DNA of 63,984 bases, counting the filler, from Perkinsus olseni (lineage: Eukaryota): the NCBI GenBank assembly GCA_013115125.1. It is 15 parts of 15 records of this genome, joined end to end, with 100 filler letters (N's around TTAATTAATTAA, not from the genome) between each part and the next. Parts side by side here need not be neighbours in the genome. Positions count along the whole stretch, not along the records: positions 13,166 to 17,445 come from JABANN010001296.1; positions 17,546 to 21,813 come from JABANN010001297.1; positions 21,914 to 26,159 come from JABANN010001298.1; 12 more parts are not named here. One strand, written 5' to 3'. The notes under the pieces are model-generated. The model was given only the letters and a program-made list of their open reading frames with translations. It ran no database searches and had not been told where the DNA came from. This document shows positions 13,584-24,693 of the stretch, one piece after another (position 1 is the first letter of the stretch; every line of letters begins with the position of its first letter). A program made the position numbers and the translations under genes.

Positions 13584-14153
13584 ATGAACTACCCTATCGT
13601 GGCTGCCCTGCTTGTCATCTCTCTTGTCGTTGCTATTCAAGACGGTGATCCTCAGGATGCCGCTGTGAAGAAGTTCGACTTCCCGGTTGCCCAGGATGGC
13701 GACGCAAGGAAGCGCTACTTGTTCCATGATGACTCAGTCGTCAGTGCTCTAGATCACTTCACCGGTCGTTCTCTGACGAGCGATGCTCTTCGCCTCCTTC
13801 AAGGCGGAGCCGGTGGTGCTGGTGGAGCTGGTGGTAATGGCGGCCCCCTCGGTCCTGGCGCAGCCGGTGGTGCTGGCGGAGCCGGTGGTAATGGTAACGC
13901 TAACAATGCTAACGGGGCTGGCGGTGCTGGCGGCCGCGGTGGAACTAATAATGGCGGCAGAGGTGGTGCAGGCGGCAGGGGCGGGAGTGCCGGCGACAAC
14001 GGTGCAGGCGCTAGGGGCGGAAATGGCGGCAGCGGTGCGAATAATAACGGTGGGGCTGGCGGTGCTGGCGGAGCCGGTGGCAGTGACGACGGAGGCGCGG
14101 GTGGTGATGGTGGCAACGGTGCCCCTAATGGTCGCATTCTCTCATCCGTATGA
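13584..14153 (+). CDS. Secreted glycine-rich (GGX/GXX repeat) protein
   Basis: Signal peptide MNYPIVAALLVISLVVA; about 110 aa of GGA/GGN/GGR triplets with varied codons. Confidence 0.85.
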   Translation: MNYPIVAALLVISLVVAIQDGDPQDAAVKKFDFPVAQDGDARKRYLFHDDSVVSALDHFTGRSLTSDALRLLQGGAGGAGGAGGNGGPLGPGAAGGAGGAGGNGNANNANGAGGAGGRGGTNNGGRGGAGGRGGSAGDNGAGARGGNGGSGANNNGGAGGAGGAGGSDDGGAGGDGGNGAPNGRILSSV

Positions 14154-17100
14154 GAAGTTCTGGCATAGGGACGAGAAGTGTAGCATCGCAATTTGATGCC
14201 TCGACGGTTCACTCCAAGCTGAGCACCTCGGCGAAGTGGATCCGTCTATTTATTTCGATATTAATCATTCTGTTCTTCTTTCACGAAGCAAGCTTGTTAA
14301 AAGCTGCTTGTACGATCATTTCCCCTTTAGCTTTGGCTGTGCTATAGGGTTGGCACAATGCTGGGGTACATCGATTATTGATTCGCGTTTACCTCATTAG
14401 TTTTTTGCTCGTTTTACCTTGGCGCTCAGTTTTGTGTTTCACGAGTTACCGATTTTTTCGGGTATGATCACAGTTTTAAGAGTTCAAGAGGATAAATCGC
14501 AATCACAAGCTCTCCGCGATTGAGTATCCAGACATGCACGCAACGATAGGGCCCTTCGTGCCACTAGCATGATGCAGTCGACTGGACTTCAGACTGCGCT
14601 CGCCGTAACTTGCGGTCCGTAAGACAGACTTGAGTTGCCGTGTGGTGTGACGGGTGGGCACTGCCGGCGCGGAAAACCCCAAGATGAATGAGCTCCCACC
14701 TCCAGTGACTCGCACTATCATCGCATGCGAGTATAGATGAATCTCAGCATGATAGCGAGGATCATGACGGGCGGCTGCCCGTCAGATTGTCGCAATCTGT
14801 GCATTCCAATGAGCGCTCTCCAGGTGGCAGATTCCGTACCGGCATTGGTAAAGCCGGCAACGCCGCATTGCTGGTCTTCAGTCGGGCTTAACCGCAAAGA
14901 ACCTAGGCTGCAAATGCCGAAGCTTCAGACGCCGTGACTTTCTGATCGAGCAGCTCGCTCACATTAGATGAGGCGAATCCTTGAGGTCCGAAGGACGACG
15001 CTGAAAATACTGTGACGGTCTAAGACCGTCGGTCTTCTGGAGTTGGCTGCCAAAGCTCTTCAACGCCAGCTTCGTCTTACATATATCGCTCCCTGCGCAG
15101 TTCACTTGATCCGAGGGCAACCCTTGCCGCAACGAAAATTCCCGAAACTCGAGGTCATCTCGATTCAAGTCGATTGATGACTGCCTACAGTGCTATTACG
15201 AGACTCTGTGTACCTACAGCTACTCATGAGCTACAAAGTTATTGCCTATAATAGTTGAGAGAGATGGTGAGTCGATGGATGGGTTGAGTAAAACACCCTT
15301 GGAGGGAACACACTACTTTGATCTAACCGGCTGCGCGGAGCTCCCAGGGAGTTGAGGACAATCACATTCGATCTCCGATGGCGAGCATTTCGACGATGAA
15401 CAAGAAAGAAGCGGAGTCAGATCTCAATGTAGATCGATCTCTCGGTGACCGTGATGACATAGCAATTGCTGTACGAAGATGAACTTCTCTTCACCTCTCG
15501 CGGTGAGATGTCTCAGTCCAGTTGCGAGGTTATGACGATTCTGTATCACAACTTTTACACCGAATGATGCCAATTTCACTACCGTAGAGACGTGATGCGA
15601 TATTCGAAGAAATGCTTGAACCCAAATTCATGCTCCTCAGTACAGTGTCGCTGCGACACTGTCACGCGATATGCGTGCAAATTCATTCACCTGATACACA
15701 GAAGTGATGCTGAGGAACTTGCCGACATCGAATCAGATCGGCCCATTCCATGGGCCCTATCGTACTCGTCTATCGCGGATTGGTCCTACTATTGTCGTTA
15801 GTGCTTTGAGTCGGAGCCTCTGACGACTCCACAATCGGGTGGTACTGTAAGTTACAATCTGTAACGGTTGCAGTGAAACCTGCGACCCGTGTGATGAATC
15901 TTAACGCACCTGAGGCTCAGGTCCTGAGCCGGCGGTGACATTATGCTCCACATTCTCAGGTGATGCCAATAACCAAAGCAGCTGTTGAGATCCTCTGTGA
16001 GTCACAGACTGCGTCATACAGCCACCGAATCGATTGAATTCTTCCTCCTGGGGAACCCAAGGTGGGCTCAGCGCCAACATCAAGCGTGAGAATCCTAAGT
16101 AGAGGGGATTGTCCGCCGGACAATGTCCGGCCCATAGATTGAGTTGACCTCTCGTCGGCGGCTTTTTACACAGCCAAGAAAGTTGGGGGCCAACTATCAG
16201 CCACGCTAGAGTGTTCTCACGTGAATTGGCAGTCAGCCTCGCATACAGCCTTCCCGAATCAGGAATCTCGATGATCTCTCAAGCCAATTCGAAATTGCTG
16301 TTTGATGGCTGCCATGAGTCCGGTTGTAGCGTATAGAACCGAAGCCCCGATTCGGGAGGAGATGATCAGAAGCAGATGGTTCGGAAGCAGGAAGGATGTA
16401 GCCGGCAAGTGCCAGTCGGCGACTTCGTGCCGAGGCAAGTCAGCATCCAGCCGAGAACCATATCCAACGACCATCCCGGACCAGGAGCGGCACCTCAGCT
16501 ACCACATCAGTGGCAGCCACTGCGGGTTGGTAGGGGAAAAAATTACGATGCACGAGCTGGATACATGATATTATGATCGGTAATCCCAGGCCCCTCCAGG
16601 TCGGAGCACTTTCCCCGCGGCCCAGGTCACACAGTTGTGGGTGGCTAGGTGAAATGGCCCCTTACTGAGCGGTCAAGGTGCCATGAGGATCCTTTGACAT
16701 AGGATCCTCATGATATAGGACCTGTGTGCTCAATGGAAGCTTTCCTTATACATCGTGCTGTACACGGTATAATCTCACGTCTCTCAGCACAGAGGGCGCC
16801 GCCTGTCACCGTGACGGTGTCACGCCAATTTTACAGAATAGTGACCTATGTACAAAGTATGCCCGGCATGCCACGGTGAATAATGTCTGCAGCTTACAGG
16901 CTGTAACGGTGTCCGAGCGAGACGGTCGACTGGGAAAGCTGTCCACCTCACCGTACGCTGAACAGGCCGAACATAACTGGAGGGCATAAGGAAAACTCAA
17001 GAAAGTCCAAGTGCGGTGAGTAATTGGCAAGTAGTTCCGTTTTTAGCTAAACGCTAGAACACGGAACGCTTCGTGCACGCGTGCTTCACGAAGACTCTTG

Positions 17101-17668
17101 CACTCGATGCAACGGAACCACTGTCCTTTTACCGCTGGGATCGGCTCAGTGTTACGGTGTCGAAGCGATTGGGAATCTATGGTGTGTTGTCGCATTTTGA
17201 GTTTTCAACGACACTATTCATCATAGTGTCCCCATCACTCTTGACTGCGCGACCCGGTGACGCAGCTAGGTGTGGTATACATCCCATGGACGGGCTTCCT
17301 GCCTTTTGGCCAGTGCCTCGGCTTCCAGGCATGACGTCTGAGTGGTAGTGGGCTCTAAGACGCCGCGTCTTTTGATGCCTAATAGGCTCTTTGTCGCTCC
17401 GATGTTCTAAGTGCCCGGCGTGCGCAGGCGAGTGCATTGAAACGGNNNNNNNNNNNNNNNNNNNNNNNNNNNNNNNNNNNNNNNNNNNNTTAATTAATTA
17501 ANNNNNNNNNNNNNNNNNNNNNNNNNNNNNNNNNNNNNNNNNNNNATGCCTCGGAGGAGACCGTACGCGGCTTGGCAATTGGCTAAGAGCGCACAACGTT
17601 GTCGGCCTCGCTGACGGCCCACGGCTTTCTTTCATCAACCGCTACGTCTTCAACGTCGCCGTATATCA

Positions 17669-18118
17669 ATGTACCTGTGCCTAGCTGGTCTGTTCTTCAT
17701 CTTCGCGGCTGCACATTGCGATTCTGATGCCTTCCTTGGTGCGACAGAAAGTTCCAGTGGTGGGCTCGGGTCCCCCGTTGATGAAACATACGTCCTCTAC
17801 GACTCCCCTACCAAGAAAGCCCCTATCCAAAGCATCCGGTTCACTCGTGAGCGAGGCGGCGTGGTATACATAACCACTCGCAAAGGCCGTCTACCCAGAG
17901 GTGAATACGACTGTGGGTACTATCTCTCTCAAAAGGGCGGTGCACCCAGGTATACGTTGAGGCTGGCGAAAGAATGTGATGAGATCGTTAAGGGCTCTGA
18001 TGGTTATTACGACGAATATTTTCTCACTGGTTGCAACATCGAGAATGGCTACCAGTACCTAAATGTGCCCATCTCTCCCTCTGGGTATGATGTCTACCAG
18101 CTGGTTCCGTCAGACTAA
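17669..18118 (+). CDS. Small secreted protein, paralog of 21002-21436
   Basis: Signal peptide; shares GxLPRGxYxCGY, ECxEIV, YFLxGCNxE and PxGYDVY with the paralog. Confidence 0.85.
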   Translation: MYLCLAGLFFIFAAAHCDSDAFLGATESSSGGLGSPVDETYVLYDSPTKKAPIQSIRFTRERGGVVYITTRKGRLPRGEYDCGYYLSQKGGAPRYTLRLAKECDEIVKGSDGYYDEYFLTGCNIENGYQYLNVPISPSGYDVYQLVPSD

Positions 18119-18366
18119 GATGTCCGCGGCCGATGAGCCTTTCCCTTTACAAGCTCGTCAAGGCGTTAGTCACCAAACTTTTTTTCCGGGATTATAGGGA
18201 TCATGAGGGATGCTCATTGTGATGTAGAATCATTAGTATGATTTTACATCCCTGAGCGATGATCGCTCTCTGTAGCCTTTCATTTCCAATTTTTCAGCAG
18301 ACGACATATACATCTCAGACACAAGTTTTTGAAGATTATCCGATATTGTCGAGTTCAACTCGAGTT

Positions 18367-19565
18367 TGCTAGTGATTTGCCAATTGAGTCAACACCACAC
18401 TGGATAATAGCAAGGGAATGCCTTAGAAAGCCTCGTTTAAGTTGATCAATGGAGTTTCACCCGTAATACGCGAAGTGGCGTTTTTCTTCAAAATTATCGG
18501 CGAGACTCGAGTGATGTGTAAAACGCGATTTACACTCGGCACTTCGCGGTATATCACTTTTTTCGCGAAACGCTCCGTGCGTTTTTCGCGAGAGGGCGTT
18601 AATTGCGTTATGAATTTCGCGAAATGCTCCGACTTCGTGTTATTTCGCGTTTTCTGCGCTTTCCACTAGGCGGAAAACTGAAGTGAAATTTCGCGAGAAG
18701 GGCTTCGAACTCACCCCTCTCATGATGTGAAAAACACGATTTACATCCCATTTTTCGCGATAAACCCGTTTTTTAGCGAAATGGTCAATGTGTTTTTCGC
18801 GAAATGGTCCCCACGGCCATCTGTATTTCGCGAAGTGATTTGACTTCAATTCACGTCGCGATGTTCGCGTTTTTCACTTGACGAAAAACGCCATTTCGCG
18901 TATTACGGGTGAAACTCCAAAGTAGACTTTCTTCGCAGCTTAAGCTTAGCCATAGGCTTCCTTCACCCGGGAGAGACACATTGTGTGCTACGGGGGATTG
19001 GGACAGCGATAATGATGCACCAGCATCTTCCATGCCGCCCCAGCTGGAGAAATCGTCCGTAGTGCACAAATGTACAGAGGTTTACTTGTCCGCCTCGGAG
19101 AGAACACTCTAGTCTCCAACCTTACCAGCCGTGCCACACGTACGGTGCAACCTCGTCACGAGAGTTGCCCCGAACTAAATCGGAATAGCGCTTCTTCTAC
19201 TCATCACGAGATAAAGTAAGTTCTATCGTCACCACATACCCTCTCACGGGCATCCGCGGCTCTCACTGACATCACCTCAGCTCAGACATCCCTCCCACTA
19301 ATCCATCGGTGTATCGTGCTACTCAACTGGACAACTCACTATTCGTTCGTCTTTCCCGGACCGTGCACCATGCTAGTGATTTGCCAATTGAGTCAACACC
19401 ACACTGGATAATAGCAAGGGGATGCCTCAGAAAGCCTCGTTTAAGCTGATCAATGTAGACTTTCTTCGCAGCTTAAGCTTAGCCATAGGCTTCCTTCACC
19501 CGGGAGAGACACATTGTGTGCTACGGGGGATTGGGACAGCGATAATGGTGCACCAGCATCTTCCA
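18367..19565 (-). mobile_element. TRIM (miniature non-coding LTR element) with about 195-bp LTRs at 19371-19565 and 18367-19032 (the latter MITE-interrupted)
   Basis: TG...CA direct repeats; PBS TGGTGCACGGTCCGGGAA abuts the 5' LTR on the minus strand; GGGGCGGCA precedes the 3' LTR; flanks AGTT/ACTT. Confidence 0.8.
18451..18918. mobile_element. MITE of 468 bp (possibly PIF/Harbinger-like) inserted in the TRIM LTR
   Basis: About 35-bp TIRs GGAGTTTCACCCGTAATACGCGAA.../...TTCGCGTATTACGGGTGAAACTCC; empty site GATCAAT|GTAGAC is seen in two other LTR copies; 3-bp flanks AAT/AAA. Confidence 0.88.
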
Positions 19566-20439
19566 ACTTGTATCACTGATTGAGTTCTCACCAGTTGCGG
19601 ATGGATTTTAACTCGGAAGTTCCGAGTCGGAACCGCAGCATGATAACGGTCGTAGCTCAGCGCCTAGAGCCACGAACGAGCAACGCGTGCAGCCGAGCAC
19701 GCACGGTGCGCTTGTCTTGATAACCACTGTGTGTAGCTGAACTGAGTTATTAGAACCGGAGCTGCCCAACCAAACGTCTGAAGCCTCTCGACCTCACGAA
19801 GGTCGTCATTTCCTTCTCTGAAACGATCTACGTGATGCTCGATGTGACTCGACTGCCTCTAACCAGAGTCAAGTAGTTCGGAGCGACCTGGCGGTCCCGA
19901 AGTCAGCTTTGAAGGTCATCCGACCTCCCAGATCATTCTTACAGATCATTCTCATCACTTTTCTCAATGCCCGAAGACCTCCGTGAGATTCGGTGAGTTA
20001 ACCTGTTTTCAGATTGTTTTTATATCGGAACCCATTTCGTATTGCTCCTCGTTAAGTATTGCTCCTTCACAGGATTCTTCAAGCAACTTGCTGGCGATGT
20101 TTCGGGGATGTGGTTTCTGGTCGTATTTCTTCGCTACGACTAAGTCTGGAAGTCTTCAAGACTGCTTCAGAACCGTGATGATGAACAGTACTCGAGGAGA
20201 GGAGCTGAGTGTTGGGTTGTTTAAGTGAGGTTTCACCACGCAGTAATGCAAAAGCCCAAACCAACGGAAATGATTGACAGTGCTCGGTCTTCGGTTCCGG
20301 GTGGCGATCAGCGATCAAATTCCGCGAGGCCAGATACACTTTCTTAACTTTAGAAAGTTTGAATGCCCTTGTGCTTGTCCTTGTGTCGCGGAGAGGCTTA
20401 CGAGGGGTGCAACTCCAACCAGCAAAGGGATGGAAGCTT

Positions 20440-20862
20440 CTCTGGTTGAATGTGCCCCTGAGGAAAGCTTCCTGACAATCTATCTGATTGCACTGCATGT
20501 CAACGCTACAGAGAGCCCCTAACTGAGCACATCGGCAAGAGTCTAAGCCGGAACCGTCAGCGTTGGACTGTAAACCCGCACACACGTGCCTTCAACACAT
20601 ATGCAATTAACATGAATCGTTTGTTCAATTTGGATCCTGCTGAAAGAGTCGAAATTGAGTAAGATGAGACAGGCCCCAGGCAGATCTGATGGTAACCCAA
20701 CCGAGTTGTGCGTAGAAAATGATTTCTGATATAGATCTTATGAGCTGTTGCTGACTCGGAAAATGTTGAATGAAGGCTCCACAGCAAAATGTATCACCGT
20801 CTTCCGCTGTATAACCCATGGCGATGCCGGTTAACGCCAAACGCGTTAAAAAATTACCCCAT
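20440..20862 (-). pseudogene. Possible small Cys-rich secreted protein, spliced or degenerate
   Basis: Pieces LALTGIAMG..DGDTFCC and VNCICVEGTCAG..DSCRCAQLGALCSVDMQCNQIDC; the upstream ATG is out of frame. Confidence 0.3.
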
Positions 20863-21001
20863 GGACTAAGCTGATTTCGAGGAGCGTCAGATTACATAGA
20901 AGGAGGACGATATCCACCGGATTATCCTTGGTACGGACAGACTTGAATCTGATGGATCGGGCCGGGATTGGCCGAACTGATAAGCTAACCGGTTATGAGA
21001 A

Positions 21002-21436
21002 TCACAGCGTCCTGTAGACATCGTACCCAGTCGGTGCAGTCGGCACATAGAGGAACTCGTAGTTAGACTCTACGTTACAACCACTGAGGAAATAGTCGTC
21101 GAAGTAACCGATAGAGTCTTCAACGATCTCCCTGCATTCATCAGACAGCCTGATAGCATACCTGGCGGCGCCCTTGTGTTGAACAAGCTCATACCCACAT
21201 TCGTAGTCGCCTCTTGGCAGATGGCCTTGAATTGATTTTATAAGAACCTTCTCACGACTAAATTCGAATCTTTCAATATCAGGCTCCCCAGTGGATGAAT
21301 AATAGAAATAGTACGTTTTACCAGCGAGAGATCCGCGTCCGGGCCCCAAGAGAACCGGAGGCTGCCCAGCAAGGCTCTCAGAGTGACGCTGGGAAGCGAA
21401 GAAGATTAAATATAGACCAGCTAGGGGGAGGTGCAT
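21002..21436 (-). CDS. Small secreted protein, paralog of 17669-18118
   Basis: Signal peptide; three conserved Cys and the same shared motifs. Confidence 0.85.
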   Translation of the reverse strand: MHLPLAGLYLIFFASQRHSESLAGQPPVLLGPGRGSLAGKTYYFYYSSTGEPDIERFEFSREKVLIKSIQGHLPRGDYECGYELVQHKGAARYAIRLSDECREIVEDSIGYFDDYFLSGCNVESNYEFLYVPTAPTGYDVYRTL

Positions 21437-22091
21437 TGAGGTAGGATAGAGTTGAAGCTGAATTGGTTAATACGATGAGATAAACCGGGCGCCATTAATG
21501 ACGCCGACAAAGTTGTGCGCTCTTAGCCAGTTGCCAAGTCGCGTACGGTCTTCTCCAGTGCATGCCCAGGGAATGGAAATCCGGGTTTGAATCGACTAAT
21601 CTGTTTCAATCGGCTATTGCGTCCAATCTTGATCAAGGAGAGCATCTCAGAGAAACCTCCTGTCAAGCTGCTCCGTAATGTCGGATTGCAAATCTCCCGT
21701 GTCCATCATGCCCGTGCATGTATTTCTGCCCGATCCTCGTTGTGCGGAACCCTGTGCGATTCAACTTTTGACCAAGCGTGCTCAGTCGTTCAGGAGGTAT
21801 TAATCCGCCTACGNNNNNNNNNNNNNNNNNNNNNNNNNNNNNNNNNNNNNNNNNNNNTTAATTAATTAANNNNNNNNNNNNNNNNNNNNNNNNNNNNNNN
21901 NNNNNNNNNNNNNTTGCCGACGCGAAATTGGCGCAGTGGTAGGAGCGCTTGTTATCTAGTGGATCAACCGGGATCGATCCCAAAAGTAAGCGACTAGAAA
22001 TTGAAGTGCTAGAGTCTCTGGGCCCGGGAGATGCGCGCGCGGAGCCCGCGGGCAATCATTTAATCATTATTTTTGGGCGACGCATTGCCCA

Positions 22092-22330
22092 GCTGTACGA
22101 AAATTCCGAAAAGTACGAAAATTCGATGTACAAAGTAATACTGTACGAGTTTCAACTATACGAGTCGGACCTGTACGACTATTCACTGTACGTACTGGAA
22201 GTGTACCACTCGATACTGTATCAATTGTCAGTGTGCGAGTTATCAGTGTATAGCCCAAGACTGTACGTGTGGAAACTGTACGGATCAAGCTTGTACGAAT
22301 GCAATTTCCACGAGTTGTCGCTGTACTGAA
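22092..22330 (+). repeat. Degenerate 15-bp-period array with TGTACGA core
   Basis: About 16 units with a conserved core and a variable 6-7-nt remainder. Confidence 0.8.
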
Positions 22331-23017
22331 CGATCCTAGCCGGGTAAAACCCTCCTGCATCACCGCCGGTGATTCACCGGGGAGCTTCTGCCAGAAGTAC
22401 ATGATCATGAAGGACATGCTTCCATGCTGTCTCAATGCCGTGAATACACTGAGGCACCGGGACTTGCGTTCGTGATCGAATCCTTCCATTGCGAAGCCCG
22501 GGAGACCGTGCACCTTTGACCTCTCCCGCCACCTTTCCGGGTCCCGTCCCATTCGTTCGTATACATTCTGCCATTCCAGGTCCGCACTTGCCACCCGTGG
22601 ACGGCACTACTTGCTTTAATCTCACTTCTATCATCGACAGCTACTCGAAATTCTTCCTAGTGCGTCCTACTCAACACCCACCAGACTGAAAATGTAACCG
22701 GGCCCCAAATTTTGTCTACGTTTCTCTGTTTTGTATGATTATTTGTATGAGTATTTTTTCTGACAAAATACTGCATTAGAAAAAGTTGATTCACGTCTCA
22801 AGCCACCAATTCCCGCAGGCTTCTAACTCCTGCGTAGGACCGAACCAAGTCGTTCCCGGCCGACCGCTTGCCGTGGTGACAGCCGACGGCGTATGACGCT
22901 ATCGGCACTGTATAACTCGACAGCATACGACGCCGTCTGCACTGTACAGTCCTCGCTCTCCCGAGCTTTGGTCTTGTCTTCACCTGGCGGATGTTCACGA
23001 CTGAGGGCCACTGAAGA

Positions 23018-23101
23018 CTCGTACACGGAAAACTCGTACGCAAAATACTCGTACACATAATACTCGTACACAAAACACTCGTACACATAATGCTCGTACA
23101 C
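23018..23101 (-). repeat. 15-bp-period array (CTCGTACAC+N6, six units), inverted relative to 22092-22330
   Basis: Read directly; the same motif also occurs at 8786-8850. Confidence 0.85.
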
Positions 23102-24153
23102 CCTGCGAAAATTTTTTAGTCAAGTCGGGGAGCCGCTCCGCGACTTGCCTAAAAGATAGTGCGTAGACACCCCAATCCTGTCGTCTGTGACACCCCGATG
23201 CCGGGTTCTACAAATGGATTCAAGTGGGTCCGGTGGTCGATATTACATTTATATTCTCCTTCTTTCGGGTGAAGAAGTCCCCTTCGTGACAAATAGCTAT
23301 ATATTGTCTCCCTGACGAGCCCGGTATCATTCCAATCGTCGCGAGCTTCTTAGTCTCTTTCGTGGAGTTGCCAGTGCCGCACGAATTCTTCAACAACTAC
23401 TCCCTGCTCAATATCAGTCATGTTAGTCACTAGGTAAATGAAGTTGAAGCTTGTTATAGAGTGTGATGATGCTGCCTCCGTCCGACGGTGCGAGACCACA
23501 GCTTCTACGCTCAAGATGACCTCAGTCGAGACGGACGTCATTATTCGGTTGGTTGGCGCGCTTGGCACTCGACTTCACTTCATCAAGGCTTTGGTCCCCT
23601 ATGGGATTCGCCACTTGACGGGAATATCTAACACAAGGGCAGACGGGTTAAGCAGGGTGCTCGAAGCGCCCAATACTGGTTCATCAGCGACCATTCACTC
23701 CTTGTTTGGAGCCGTCATTGCGGAAGAGTTCACTTCCTCCAGAAAGCAGAAGAAGGGACTCTTCGAGGCGGCCGAGAAGATGCATGCCGAGGGCGAGCGC
23801 GATGCCGACACCGATTGCTGTTGTGGTGGGTGCCCTAGACCTGCCATCTTTAGGAACCCATGCTATTCATGGGGATGGTGTTCATCTGGTGCAAGAATGT
23901 CTCTCTTTCGCCAGCCCCGAAGGGCTCTTTGGTACAGGGATATGCTCGGTCTACGTCGAACACTTTTTTATCGAGTCTCTTGAGACGGGTGATGCCTTAC
24001 CGCCTGCCCTTGACCCAATCTCGGGGTTGAGGCTTCGGCAACACCTTGGAATGAAGGATTTGTGACGCCTCTGGCGGGAAGTGGCGCTTCAAGTTTGGCC
24101 TCTCAAGGACAGAAGAATCCGAATGCCATCGCCGCTAAGGTGTTCCTTCCAAA

Positions 24154-24693
24154 ATGGAGGATAGATTTCGGTTTCGGGAACATAACGAGATGGTCGGCAT
24201 TGTCTTCTATGAGGCGGGGCTTGGTACTCTAGATAGTCAGGGTAACTTCACTGCGACAGTACCTCAGACGATACTGGTAACCAAGTACCTACAGAGTCTC
24301 GAGATTGTTGCCGAGGTGTATAAGCGTGCGATGGCTGACCTACAGACCAAATACCGATGGAGTGAGATAAGCGATATCCTGAATCAGGCCTTTGGGGATC
24401 GAGTTGCTATGCGTACTGAAGTCGCGCGCCGACTCCGACACCTGAGGTTCCGAGGATTTCAGCATGTCGATGACTTCATCCATCAGTTTACCATCATCAC
24501 TAACATGTGGATGCCGATCTACTCGTCGGGGTTTAGGGAGTCGCGTTACCTTGTGGCTAGCTTCCTCGCCAAGCTACCGTCTGATACTCTGGAAGGGGTG
24601 GTCAATGGAATCTTGCGGGAGGTTCCCAAGGAGGGTGCTCCGATCGGAGAGGATTATGTTCGGCTCCGTAGTACGGCCCCTGCTCCGAAATGA
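24154..24693 (+). pseudogene. Retrotransposon gag fragment
   Basis: RWSEISDILNQAFG...LRHLRF...VDDFIHQF matches the retrotransposon gag pattern. Confidence 0.6.

Noticed and set aside
13799-14212. Proline-rich 137-aa ORF
   Set aside because: Antisense shadow of the Gly-rich gene
14350-17445. Many short ORFs here and in 4399-8685 and 47947-50900
   Set aside because: No recognisable motifs or consistent exon structure
22092-22330. CRISPR-like or pentapeptide-repeat (LYE) protein reading of the 15-bp arrays
   Set aside because: Units are far too short for CRISPR, there are no cas genes, the context is eukaryotic, and the peptide periodicity follows from the DNA repeat
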